Part shown: positions 53,036-64,000 of the stretch, piece after piece
Layout of the letters: each line of letters begins with the position of its first letter
Numbering within the stretch: position 1 is the first letter of the stretch
DNA from: Balanoglossus misakiensis
Lineage: Eukaryota; Animalia; Hemichordata
Direction: 5' to 3'
Assembly: GCA_040954595.2 (NCBI GenBank)
Contig: CM082588.2
Span: 3,308,513 to 3,372,512, forward strand
Length of the DNA: 64,000 nucleotides
Notes under the pieces: generated by a model
Database searches by the model: none
The model's input: only the letters and a program-made list of their open reading frames with translations
Told to the model about the DNA's origin: nothing
Made by a program: the position numbers and the translations under genes

Positions 53036-53394
53036 CCTGCAAACGTGTGTAGGTGCTCAGCTAAGGGGGTGAGCTAGGGGGTATGATTAATATGATTGTC
53101 AATCATGCGTTGGGCGTATGCGAACCACAAAATCACGGTCGTGATTGGCCAAATACGATCATGATCGCGTATATGAACTGCCAATTAAGGAGATGTCTTC
53201 ATGAATATTCATTTTCCCACTGTTTTCCCCATAAAAAGTTTGCACTTGTCAGTTGCGGCTTGAAGATTGAAAGGTACGTACGTGTCAATATCTGTTCTAC
53301 TCAATATTAGTATATTTCAGTCTCATTTCAAGTTTTACAAATGTATACTCGTTGATTTTGGAAAACTCGCCAGGAATTGTGACCAATGATGAAA

Positions 53395-53770
53395 GATTTT
53401 CGTCATTGTGGTATTCATGAGAAAGCATTTTTTCCCCAAAACGTCGACTTTTATGTTCGGTCGCATGAGAAGTGTCGTCTGCGTCCTCAAACTGGTGAAG
53501 CTGACTCCGTGTGCTAAATTTTAATTCAATTTTAAAAGTTTTACAAAAATGTTATGGAATATGAGGTAATTATTATCGTGCTTACAAATGTTCATCATTG
53601 TGGTATGCCGTATTTATGATAGACTTCGCATTTTTATACAAGAACATCGATTCAACGGTGCGGTCCGTCACATGCTAAATATGTCGTCTGCTTCCTCAAA
53701 AATTGTTTATTCCATTTTCAAACTTCCGTTTTAAAAGTCTTAAATAAATGTTAAGGAATATGAGGTAATC
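53395..53770. repeat. Diverged ~195-bp tandem dimer, possibly internal to a decayed non-autonomous DNA transposon
   Basis: TCATTGTGGTAT, TGTCGTCTGC.TCCTCAAA, TTTTAAAAGT and GGAATATGAGGTAAT each occur twice ~195 bp apart. Confidence 0.6.
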
Positions 53771-53951
53771 GTTAAAATAAAATCTTCGTATTTGTTTTAA
53801 TTCAAACTATTTTCACTATTCGAGATATCTGGCAGGCCGCGACGAGCGGTCCCGTGTAGTGCAGTGCATGAGCGAGGCCTTTAATAGTTTAATTTTAATT
53901 GATATGAGCAACATATTAATATCGGTCATGTTTCATTTTAATCTTCAGGGC

Positions 53952-54035
53952 TTCCGGAGAACCAACGCCATATCGGGGGAAATGCTGCCAAGTTCCGAAG
54001 AACCAACGCCATATCCGGGGGAAATTGCTGCCAAC
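53952..54035. repeat. ~41-bp tandem duplication
   Basis: TTCCG.AGAACCAACGCCATATC.GGGGGAAAT.GCTGCCAA occurs twice. Confidence 0.8.
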
Positions 54036-54289
54036 AAGAGAAGAATCTCAGTGACAACACAGCTCAGCTCCTGGTGATGACGTATCTTTTGTTCTTGCGG
54101 TTCAACCAATCAGGGGTTAGCAGACTCCATTTTGACACAATCGATTTTGTGATTGGTCAGTAGTTTTAGACCCAGCAAATAGTCATAATCGGCCACATCA
54201 TTGTAAAGAGTAGATTCTCCTGAAAAACAGGGAGCATGTACACAAAGTTGGGTTTCATAGAAACTGACTATGGGGCTAGGTCAAGATGT

Positions 54290-55280
54290 AGGTTTTATAA
54301 AAAGGGATAATCCACCATGCTGAAACAAGTGTGGTGCCATTTGTGTATAGTATAAGTAATATAGTGTTGACATCTATAGGGTGCTTGTAAAGGTTGTTGG
54401 GAATTTTCATAAAATGTTTAAGTGTATAGTGTGGGTTTTATAAAAAGGGATTATCCACCATGCTGAAACAAGTGTGGTGCAATATGTGTATAGTATAAGT
54501 AAATATAGAGTTGACACCTTAAAATAAGGTGCTTGTAAAGGTTGTTTGTGAATTTTCATAAAATATAAAAGTGTATAGTATAGTGTGGGTTTTATAAAAA
54601 GGGACTATCCACCATGCTGAAACAAGTGTGGTGCCATATGTGTATATAGTATAAGTAATATAGTGTTGACATCTATAGGATGCTTGTAAAGGTTGTTGGG
54701 AATTTTCATAAAATGTTTTTAGTGTATAGTGTGGGTTTTATAAAAAGGGATTATCCACCATGCTGAAACAAGTGTGGTGCAATATGTGTATAGTATAAGT
54801 AAATATAGAGTTGACACCTTAAAATAAGGTGCTTGTAAAGGTTGTTTGTGAATTTTCATAAAATATAAAAGTGTATAGTATAGTGTGGGTTTTATAAAAA
54901 GGGATTATCCACCATGCTGAAACACGTGTGGTGCTATATGTGTATAGTATAAGTAATATAGTGTTGACACTTTAAAAGGTGCTTGTAAAGGTTGTTTGGG
55001 AATTTTCATAAAAGTGTATTGTATAGTGTGGGTTTTATAAAAGGGATTATCCATCATGTGTATAGTATAAGTAATATAGTGTTGACACCTTATAAGGTGC
55101 TTGTATAGTGTGGGTTTTATAAAAATGGATTATCCACCATGCTGAAACAAGTGTGGTATATGTGTATAGTATAAGTAATAATAGTGTTGACGCCTTATAA
55201 GGTGCTTGTAAAGGTTGTATGGGAATTTTCATAAAATATAAAAGTGTATAGTGTAAGTTTTAGAAAAAGGGATTATCCAC
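54290..55280. repeat. Satellite A: ~150-bp AT-rich monomer with a 300-bp dimeric period
   Basis: GGTTTTATAAAAAGGGATTATCCACCATGCTGAAACAAGTGTGG.. recurs about 7 times; 54481-54600 equals 54781-54900. Confidence 0.92.
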
Positions 55281-55282
55281 CT

Positions 55283-56230
55283 TGGAAAAACTGACTGGTA
55301 ATGGTTCCCACTTCATGGGCAAATGGTTTCCTGGATGGCGTAAAACTTCTCCACTGGAAGACTGACTGGTAATGGTTCCTTCTCCATGGGCAAGTGGTTT
55401 CCTGGATGGTGAAAAACTTCTCCACTGGAAAACTGACTGGTAATGGTTCCTTCTCCACTGGAAAACTGACTGGTAATGGTTCCTTCTCCATGGGCAAGTG
55501 GTTTCCTGGATGGTGAAAAACTTCTCCACTGGAAAACTGACTGGTAATGGTTCCTTCTTCATGGGCAAATGGTTTCCTGGATGGTGAAAAACTTCTCCAC
55601 TGGAAAACTGACTGGTAATGGTTCCTTCTCCACTGGAAAACTGACTGGTAATGGTTCCTTCTCCATGGGCAAGTGGTTTCCTGGATGGTGAAAAACTTCT
55701 CCACTGGAAAACTGACTGGTAATGGTTCCTTCTTCATGGAAAACTGACTGGTAATGGTTCCTTCTTCATGGGCAAATGGCTTCCTGGATGGTGTAAAACT
55801 TCTCCACTGGAAAACTGACTGGTAATGGTTCCTTCTCCACTGGAAAACTGACTGGTAATGGTTCCTTCTTCATGGGCAAATGGCTTCCTGGATGGTGAAA
55901 AACTTCTCCACTGGAAAACTGACTGGTAATGGTTCCTTCTTCATGGGCAAATGGCTTCCTGGATGGTGTAAAACTTCTCCACTGGAAAACTGACTGGTAA
56001 TGGTTCCTTCTCCACTGGAAAACTGACTGGTAATGGTTCCTTCTTCATGGAAAACTGACTGGTAATGGTTCATTCTTCATGGGCAAATGGTTTCCTGGAT
56101 GGTGAAAAACTTCTCCACTGGAAAACTGACTGGTAATGGTCTTCATGGACAAATGGTTTCCTGGATGGCATAAAACTGGAAAACTGACTGGTAATGGTTC
56201 CTTCTTCATGGGCAAGTGGTTTCCTGGATA
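55283..56230. repeat. Satellite B: mixed ~33-bp and ~71-bp units with core GGAAAACTGACTGGTAATGGTTCCTTCT
   Basis: Direct inspection of the repeated core. Confidence 0.92.
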
Positions 56231-56248
56231 ATGGTGCTGAGACGTTAC

Positions 56249-56866
56249 GATTCAGTATCCCGGAATATACTGACCGCGATCGGGTATTATAAGTAAATGT
56301 TGATGCGTGGAGCCGTGACTTGGAATGATTCAGTATCCCGGAATATACTGACCGTGATCGGGTATAGTAAATGTTGATACGTTGAGCCGCGACATGGAAT
56401 GATTCAGTATCCCGGAATATACTGACCGCGATCGGGTATAGTAAATGTTGACGCGTTGAGCCGAAACTTTGAATGATTCAGTATCCCGGAATATACTGAC
56501 CGCAATCGGGTATATGTTGATACGTTGAGCGGCGACATGGAATGATTCAGTATCCCGGAATATACTGACCGCGATCGGGTATAGTAAATGTTGATACGTT
56601 GAGCCGTGACTTCGTACATGATTCAGTATCCTTGAATATACTGACCGCGATCGGGTATAGTAAATGTTGACGCGTTGAGCCGTGACTTCGTACATGATTC
56701 AGTATCCCGGAATATACTGACCGCGATCGGGTATAGTAAATGAATGGGCCGTGACTTTGAATGATTCAGTATCCGGAATATACTGACCGCGATCAGGTAT
56801 AGTAAATGTTGATATGTTGAGCCGTGACTTCGAATGATTCAGTATCCCGGAATATACTGACCGCGA
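56249..56866. repeat. Satellite C: ~74-bp unit, ~8.5 copies, with internal inverted repeat TCAGTAT-N8-ATACTGA
   Basis: GATTCAGTATCCCGGAATATACTGACCGCGATCGGGTATAGTAAATGTTGA.. starts at ~56249, 56327, 56401, 56475, 56544, 56620, 56696, 56763 and 56836. Confidence 0.92.
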
Positions 56867-59800
56867 TTGTGCCCGTCGTCCAAAATGTCAGTGCCTCTGA
56901 CATTGTGCCCGTCGTCCCAAATGTCAGTGCCTCTGACATTGTGCCTGCCGTCCCATATGTCAGTGCCTCTGACATTGTGCCTGTCGTCCCAATTGTCAGT
57001 GCCTCTGACATTGTGCCTGTTGTCCCATATGTCAGTGCCTCTGACATTGTGCCTGTCGTCCCAATTGTCAGTGCCTCTGACATTGTGCCTGCCGTCCCAC
57101 GTCATAATGTGTGTGTCTGTTTAGCTTGCCGTGCCCTGGTTGTCCCATATGTCAGTGCCTCTGACATTGTGCCTGTTGTCCCAATTGTCAGTGCCTCTGA
57201 CATTGTGCCTGCCGTCCCATGTCATAATTTGTGTGTCTGTTTAGCTTGCCGTGCCCTGGTTGTCCCATATGTCAGTGCCTCTGACATTGTGCCTGTTGTC
57301 CCAATTGTCAGTGCCTCTGACATTGTGCCTGCCGTCCCATGTCATAATTTGTGTGTCTGTTTAGCTTGCCGTGCCCTGGTTGTCCCATATGTCAGTGCCT
57401 CTGACATTGTGCCTGTTGTCCCAATTGTCAGTGCCTCTGACATTGTGCCTGCCGTCCCATGTCATAATTTGTGTGTCTGTTTAGCTTGCCGTGCCCTGGT
57501 TGTCCCATATGTCAGTGCCTCTGACATTGTGCCTGTCGTCCCAATTGTCAGTGCCTCTGACATTGTGCCTGCCGTCCCACGTCATAATGTGTGTGTCTGT
57601 TTAGCTTGCCGTGCCCTGGTTGTCCCATGTGTCAGTGCCTCTGACATTGTGCCTGTTGTCCCAATTGTCAGTGCCTCTGACATTGTGCCTGCCGTCCCAT
57701 GTCATAATTTGTGTGTCTGTTTAGCTTGCCGTGCCCTGGTTGTCCCATATGTCAGTGCCTCTGACATTGTGCCTGTCGTCCCATATGTCAGTGCCTCTGA
57801 CATTGTGCCTGTTGTCCCAATTGTCAGTGCCTCTGACATTGTGCCTGCCGTCCCATGTCATAATGTGTGTGTCTGTTTAGCTTGCCGTGCCCTGGTTGTC
57901 CCATATGTCAGTGCCTCTGACATTGTGCCTGTCGTCCCATATGTCAGTGCCTCTGACATTGTGCCTGTTGTCCCAATTGTCAGTGCCTCTGACATTGTGC
58001 CTGCCGTCCCATGTCATAATGTGTGTGTCTGTTTAGCTTGCCGTGCCCTGGTTGTCCCATATGTCAGTGCCTCTGACATTGTGCCTGTCGTCCCAATTGT
58101 CAGTGCCTCTGACATTGTGCTTGCCGTCCCATGTCATAATGTGTGTGTCTGTTTAGCTTGCCGTGCCATGGTCATCCCATATGTCAGTGCCTCTGACATT
58201 GTGCCTGCATCGTCCCATATGTCAGTGCCTCTGACATTGATGTGCAGTGATGAAATGCTATATAGCTAAACTCTGAGCACATCAACACAACACGTGTGTT
58301 CAGTCGTCCCATATGTCAGTGCCTCTGACATTGTGCCTGTTGTCCCAATTGTCAGTGCCTCTGACATTGTGCCTGCCGTCCCATGTCATAATGTGTGTGT
58401 CTGTTTAGCTTGCCGTGCCCTGGTTGTCCCATATGTCAGTGCCTCTGACATTGTGCCTGTTGTCCCAATTGTCAGTGCCTCTGACATTGTGCCTGCCGTC
58501 CCATGTCATAATGTGTGTGTCTGTTTAGCTTGCCGTGCCCTGGTTGTCCCATATGTCAGTGCCTCTGACATTGTGCCTGTCGTCCCAATTGTCAGTGCCT
58601 CTGACATTGTGCTTGCCGTCCCATGTCATAATGTGTGTGTCTGTTTAGCTTGCCGTGCCATGGTCATCCCATATGTCAGTGCCTCTGACATTGTGCCTGC
58701 ATCGTCCCATATGTCAGTGCCTCTGACATTGATGTGCAGTGATGAAATGCTATATAGCTAAACTCTGAGCACATCAACACAACACGTGTGTTCAGTCGTC
58801 CCATATGTCAGTGCCTCTGACATTGTGCCTGTTGTCCCAATTGTCAGTGCCTCTGACATTGTGCCTGCCGTCCCATGTCATAATGTGTGTGTCTGTTTAG
58901 CTTGCCGTGCCCTGGTTGTCCCATATGTCAGTGCCTCTGACATTGTGCCTGTCGTCCCAATTGTCAGTGCCTCTGACATTGTGCCTGCCGTCCCATGTCA
59001 TAATGTGTGTGTCTGTTTAGCTTGCCGTGCCCTGGTTGTCCCATATGTCAGTGCCTCTGACATTGTGCCTGTTGTCCCAATTGTCAGTGCCTCTGACATT
59101 GTGCCTGCCGTCCCATGTCATAATGTGTGTGTCTGTTTAGCTTGCCGTGCCCTGGTTGTCCCATATGTCAGTGCCTCTGACATTGTGCCTGTTGTCCCAA
59201 TTGTTAGTGCCTCTGACATTGTGCCTGCCGTCCCATGTCATAATTTGTGTGTCTGTTTAGCTTGCCGTGCCCTGATCGTCCCATATTTCAGTGCCTCTGA
59301 CATTGTGCCTGCATCGTCCCATATGTCAGTGCCTCTGACATTGATGTGCAGTGATGAAATGCTATATAGCTAAACTCTGAGCACATCAACACAACACGTG
59401 TGTTCAGTCGTCCCATATGTCAGTGCCTCTGACATTGTGCCTGTTGTCCCAATTGTCAGTGCCTCTGACATTGTGCCTGCTGTCCCATGTCATAATGTGT
59501 GTGTCTGTTTAGCTTGCCGTGCCATGGTCATCCCATATGTCAGTGCCTCTGACATTGTGCCTGCCGTCCCATGTCATAATGTGTGTGTCTGTTTAGCTTG
59601 CCGTGTCCTGGTTGTCCCATATGTCAGTGCCTCTGACATTGATGTGCAGTGATGAAATGCTATATAGCTAAACTCTGAGCACATCAACACAACACGTGTG
59701 TTCAGTCGTCCCATATGTCAGTGCCTCTGACATTGTGCCCGTCGTCCCAATTGTCAGTGCCTCTGATATTGTGCCTGCCGTCCCATGTCATAATGTGTGT

Positions 59801-61238
59801 GTCTGTTTAGCTTGCCGTGCCCTGGTTGTCCCATATGTCAGTGCCTCTGACATTGTGCCAGTTGTCCCAATTGTCAGTGCCTCTGACATTGTGCCTGCCG
59901 TCCCATGTCAAAATGTGTGTGTCTGTTAAGCTTGCCGTGCCCTGGTCATCCCATATGTCAGTGCCTCTGACATTGTGCCAGTTGTCCCATATGTCAGTGC
60001 CTCTGACATTGTGCCTGCCGTCCCATGTCAAAATGTGTGTGTCTGTTGAGCTTGCCGTGCCCTGGTCATCCCATATGTCAGTGCCTCTGACATTGTGCCT
60101 GCCGTCCCATGTCATAATGTGTGTGTCTGTTTAGCTTGCCGTGCCCTGGTTGTCCCATATGTCAGTGCCTCTGACATTGTGCCTGCCGTCCCATGTCATC
60201 CCATATGTCAGTGCCTCTGACATTGTGCCTGCCGTCCCAATTGTCAGTGCCTCTGACATTGTGCCTGCCGTCCCATGTCATCCCATATGTCAGTGCCTCT
60301 GACATTGTGCCTGCCGTCCCAATTGTCAGTGCCTCTGACATCCCATGTCAAAATGTGTGTGTCTGTTGAGCTTGCCGTGCCCTGGTCGTCCCATATGTCA
60401 GTGCCTCTGACATTGTGCCTGCCGTCCCATGTCATCCCATATGTCAGTGCCTCTGACATTGTGCCTGCCGTCCCATGTCATCCCATATGTCAGTGCCTCT
60501 GACATTGTGCCAGTTGTCCCATATGTCAGTGCCTCTGACATTGTGCCTGCCGTCCCATGTCAAAATGTGTGTGTCTGTTAAGCTTGCCGTGCCCTGGTCA
60601 TCCCATATGTCAGTGCCTCTGACATTGTGCCAGTTGTCCCATATGTCAGTGCCTCTGACATTGTGCCTGCCGTCCCATGTCAAAATGTGTGTGTCTGTTG
60701 AGCTTGCCGTGCCCTGGTCATCCCATATGTCAGTGCCTCTGACATTGTGCCTGCCGTCCCATGTCATAATGTGTGTGTCTGTTTAGCTTGCCGTGCCCTG
60801 GTTGTCCCATATGTCAGTGCCTCTGACATTGTGCCTGCCGTCCCATGTCATCCCATATGTCAGTGCCTCTGACATTGTGCCTGCCGTCCCAATTGTCAGT
60901 GCCTCTGACATTGTGCCTGCCGTCCCATGTCATCCCATATGTCAGTGCCTCTGACATTGTGCCTGCCGTCCCAATTGTCAGTGCCTCTGACATCCCATGT
61001 CAAAATGTGTGTGTCTGTTGAGCTTGCCGTGCCCTGGTCGTCCCATATGTCAGTGCCTCTGACATTTTCATCTCCACCGTGCCATCGTCCAATGTCAGTG
61101 CCTCTGACATTGCTGTCGTCCCATGTGTCAGTGCGTCTGACATTGTCGTCTCCAACGTGCCGTCGTCCCAATTGTCAGTGCCTCTGACATTGTCGTCTCC
61201 AACGTGCCGTCGTCCCATGTCAGTGCCTCTGACATTGC
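56867..61238. repeat. Satellite D: 36-bp monomer with palindromic core TGTCAG-TGCCT-CTGACA, organised into 120-bp and longer higher-order units
   Basis: Exact 120-bp periodicity over 57121-57720; degenerates after ~61060; interrupted four times by a ~65-nt unrelated cassette. Confidence 0.95.
58237..58285 (+). ncRNA. Candidate minimal box C/D (kink-turn) RNA, copy 1 of 4 (others at 58729-58777, 59341-59389, 59639-59687)
   Basis: TTGATGTGC-A-GTGATGA-AATGCTATATAGCTAAACT-CTGA-GCACATCAA: 9-bp perfect terminal stem with box C and box D in canonical register. Shorter than typical snoRNAs; expression unknown. Confidence 0.4.
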
Positions 61239-62512
61239 TTTTGAGTTGTTCTGATAAGTCTGTAAAATGTCTGAAATGTTGCTTTTCATTGAGTGCAAAA
61301 TTATGTTTTTATGTGTATTTTTCCAGAGACAATTCACTCTTGCACAACATTAAAATATTTACAGTAAAAAATACACAAACAGAAGGACTCAGTTTCTATG
61401 ACAAAATGTTTTTTTTTATTCAGAACGGAACAGTAATACGATGCTGGTACATTTCCATGAAGTGCATTATCTTGAGTTAAGTTTTCTGTCAAGTTCACAC
61501 ACTATATATCCTTACCTGAAACACATAAAAAGACTTGGACTAGTGGTTCTACAGGAGCTAAAATTTGTTGAAATTTTTCTTTAGCTATAAATGGCCTCAG
61601 CTAAGATTTTCCCTGTTTCTGTGGTGGGAAGAGTGCTCCACATACAAAGGGTTTGAAAACGGGCTCCAAGTTGCAATTGGTTCCTATTTCTGAGTAGAAA
61701 GGAAATCAATACATATATATTTCTGTTCTCCTGTAATGTACCATCTGAATAATGAAAACAAAACCGAAATGACTGTTCCATAACTTAACAATCATTGAAT
61801 AACTTAATAAACTTAGGTCCAAATGAACCATATCTACATGTTGAGTTTAGTTTTCACGCAATGAAAATATACTGGCCTTGATTTGCAACTTACATTAACA
61901 TCTCCCATTTCGAGGCAGAAGGAGAAAACTACATGGTGGTCGATAATGTAGGGGTTGAGGAAAATTGCAAAAATTTACAACTTGCAGTGAAATAGAGAAG
62001 CAAGAAAAGTACGAGATAATCAGTATATGTGAAGCAGTTTCCAGTCAGGAACGTGTGCATGTGTATTTAACTTTAAGCATTAGAAATTTGAAAACACCAC
62101 AAAAGATAAAACTTTATAATATCAACAAAGACATAAATATTCAATTTAACTGTAAACTGTTTGATTTCAATCATAAAAATATTATCCTGTAAAGCTGTGT
62201 TAGTGCGCCCCCACGGGTTTTATAAATTATTCTGTTTTCAAATTCTGAGATCATGTATTGTGTTTTCACTGAAGCTGTTTGTCTTTAAAAAAGAAAAACA
62301 ATTATGAGAACAAACAGTTATAAGATGTGCAGCCAAATATGTTCTATCAATACAGACAATGAGATAACTTCTATTTGTCCAACATGTCTTGTAAAAGCAG
62401 GGCTGAAGAAAATGTTCATTGTGGCTTCATTTCTGTCTATTGTGGGCTGTGTAGGACAGGCTTCAAAATATACAACTCTGGTGGTACATGGTGTGCTGGG
62501 TCCTACCTACTT

Positions 62513-64000
62513 TCACTGGTGGGCAACAGGGGGTGTCTGTCTGGGCACGGCGTACGGAGGCCCCAGGAACTGGTCGGCAATTCTTCCGGCCTCTCGGAGA
62601 CCGCTGAGCAGTGCTCCGTGGACAGTGGCTGGGTAGTTTCGGATGGTGTGTTCGCCCGCAAAGAATACTCGTGGCAGATTGTTCTGTTGGGGTATCGCAC
62701 CCGGCACAACTGGCGCAGGCGTGACGGGTATTGCTAGCAAGTCGTAGTCATTGCCCGAAGATCCCGCTGCTACATAGGAGTAGGAACCCCGTGACCATGG
62801 GTCAGCTCTCCAGCGAGTTACCACTGTCTCCTTGGGCTGCAACATGAGAAATAGGAGATAGCAGTTAAGGGTGGGAATAAGGCAGTACACATAATAAATA
62901 ATAGCTACATAATACATGATGGCTACTACACTATAATTCAGTATAGGGTGAACTTACCTGCGGCACAGCATTGTTACCGAAGATACCCTTCAGAACGGCC
63001 AACGTCCTTCCAACGATGACATCATCGCTCACGTTCTCCATGATTTGGGCGGCCTCCCCGGCAACTAAGGCAATAAGTACGGGCGCTTTGTACAGGTTCC
63101 AGAAGAGGAACAACTCTCCACGACTGGCCGTGGTGCTCCCGACGTGGCCGAATAAATTCACAGTTTGGTCCCAGAATATTCGGTCAAAACAGAGAACAAC
63201 CTGGGGAGAGAAAAAACACCAAATGATGTTTCAACCCTTTCACCAACATGGTATGGTCCAAATGCATTGTTTTCTATGGCAGAATTGGACCTCTAAAGAG
63301 GGAATTGGGGGTGATATGGTAAAATTAAGGAACTGCCCGAACATACACTTACCTTGTTAAGATTACCAAATCCTAACCTCTGTATGGCGGCCATCTTCCA
63401 ATCTGGCAGGGGAGGTACAAAGGTCACGGCAGGTGGGGACTGTTTCAAAACTCCTAATGGCAGTGTAACTAGCACGGCATCTGCTTTGTAGGTATAATTG
63501 CCGCCCTGTGATTTGGTGTTCGATGTTACCACCTCAACTCCTGAAAAACGAATTCCAGTAGTTTTGTTTTTGTTCAATTTATGAACCGTGCATTCCTGGT
63601 TCCACCACAGGTGACTACAGATATAACCTAAATTCAATTCAACATTGCTTGTGTTCTGGATTTTGACAAATGAATTCAACCATAAAACGGTTGCAAGGGT
63701 AACACACAAAATGAGGTGAGAAATTGTCTACACCTAATCTGTCTGACAGCTGTGTATGAGTTGATGTATGTCTTACCTGAGTGACTGTACCTAATCTGTC
63801 TGACAGCTGTGTATAATTTGATATCCAGACCCTCTGACAGTGCAACGGGGACACACGAGTAGCCATTCCGCACAGTTAGGTGATGCCCTGAGAATTCAAA
63901 GTCGTCGTCCTGGTCCCAGTGTTTCAGCGAGAGTGTGGACAAGGGCGTGGCATTGGCGAACTCCAGGTTGGCAAAGTGCCAATCCAGGATCTGCCGGTCC
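62513..64000 (-). CDS. KDM1A: Lysine-specific histone demethylase 1A (LSD1), last four exons; 5' part lies outside the window
   Basis: [141 protein letters not shown]. Confidence 0.97.
63231..63328 (-). mobile_element. Copy of the TTAA/CCCT..AGGG MITE in a KDM1A intron
   Basis: Aligns end to end with the reverse complement of 16345-16437 (..GTCCAAAT.CATTGTTTT.TATGG..GACCT.TAAAGAGGGAATTGGGGGTGA). Confidence 0.7.

Noticed and set aside
53385-53505. ATGATGA...CTGA as another C/D snoRNA
   Set aside because: There is no terminal stem in register; the ATGATGA is part of a local hairpin within the ~195-bp duplicated repeat.
55260-56695. Repetitive ORFs in satellites B and C
   Set aside because: The same peptides appear in shifting frames, a by-product of non-triplet repeat units.
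56249-59710. Hammerhead ribozyme in the satellite units or cassette
   Set aside because: No CUGANGA...GAAA core with the required three stems on either strand; the cassette has GUGAUGA, which fits box C instead.
56867-61238. CRISPR-like pattern (palindromic constant core with variable linkers)
   Set aside because: The linkers are homologous to each other and recur periodically, there are no cas genes, and the context is eukaryotic; this is a minisatellite.
56824-61480. Long ORFs (481, 195, 155 aa and others) with VSASDIVPVVP repeats
   Set aside because: They arise because the 36-bp and 120-bp units are multiples of 3 and lack stops in one frame; there is no splice or start context and no recognisable domain.

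Overview
Eukaryotic (metazoan) genomic DNA with spliceosomal introns, probably an invertebrate bilaterian or deuterostome; the taxon is inferred from single-copy pre-vertebrate orthologues and short introns. The first ~53 kb is a dense housekeeping cluster: ZDHHC9/14/18-like (5' exon, -), TMEM242 (+), CTP synthase (-), HDAC8 (+), PAXBP1/GCFC2 (-), a stefin/cystatin (+), MRPL19 (-), STK40 (+), a Cys-type SelO-like adenylyltransferase (+) whose last intron hosts an intronless TRIM-NHL gene (-), RIOX2/MINA53 (-) and CEP57 (-). A ~7 kb block of four abutting, unrelated tandem arrays follows (54.3-61.2 kb), then the 3' part of KDM1A/LSD1 (-). The most unusual observations are four identical 49-nt box C/D kink-turn cassettes inside the last satellite, a SelO paralogue with an apparent signal peptide, scrambled HDAC8 fragments upstream of HDAC8, and a TTAA/CCCT-ended MITE family. 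All calls come from reading the sequence and recognising motifs; no database searches were run. Coordinates of multi-exon genes span the first to the last coding base.
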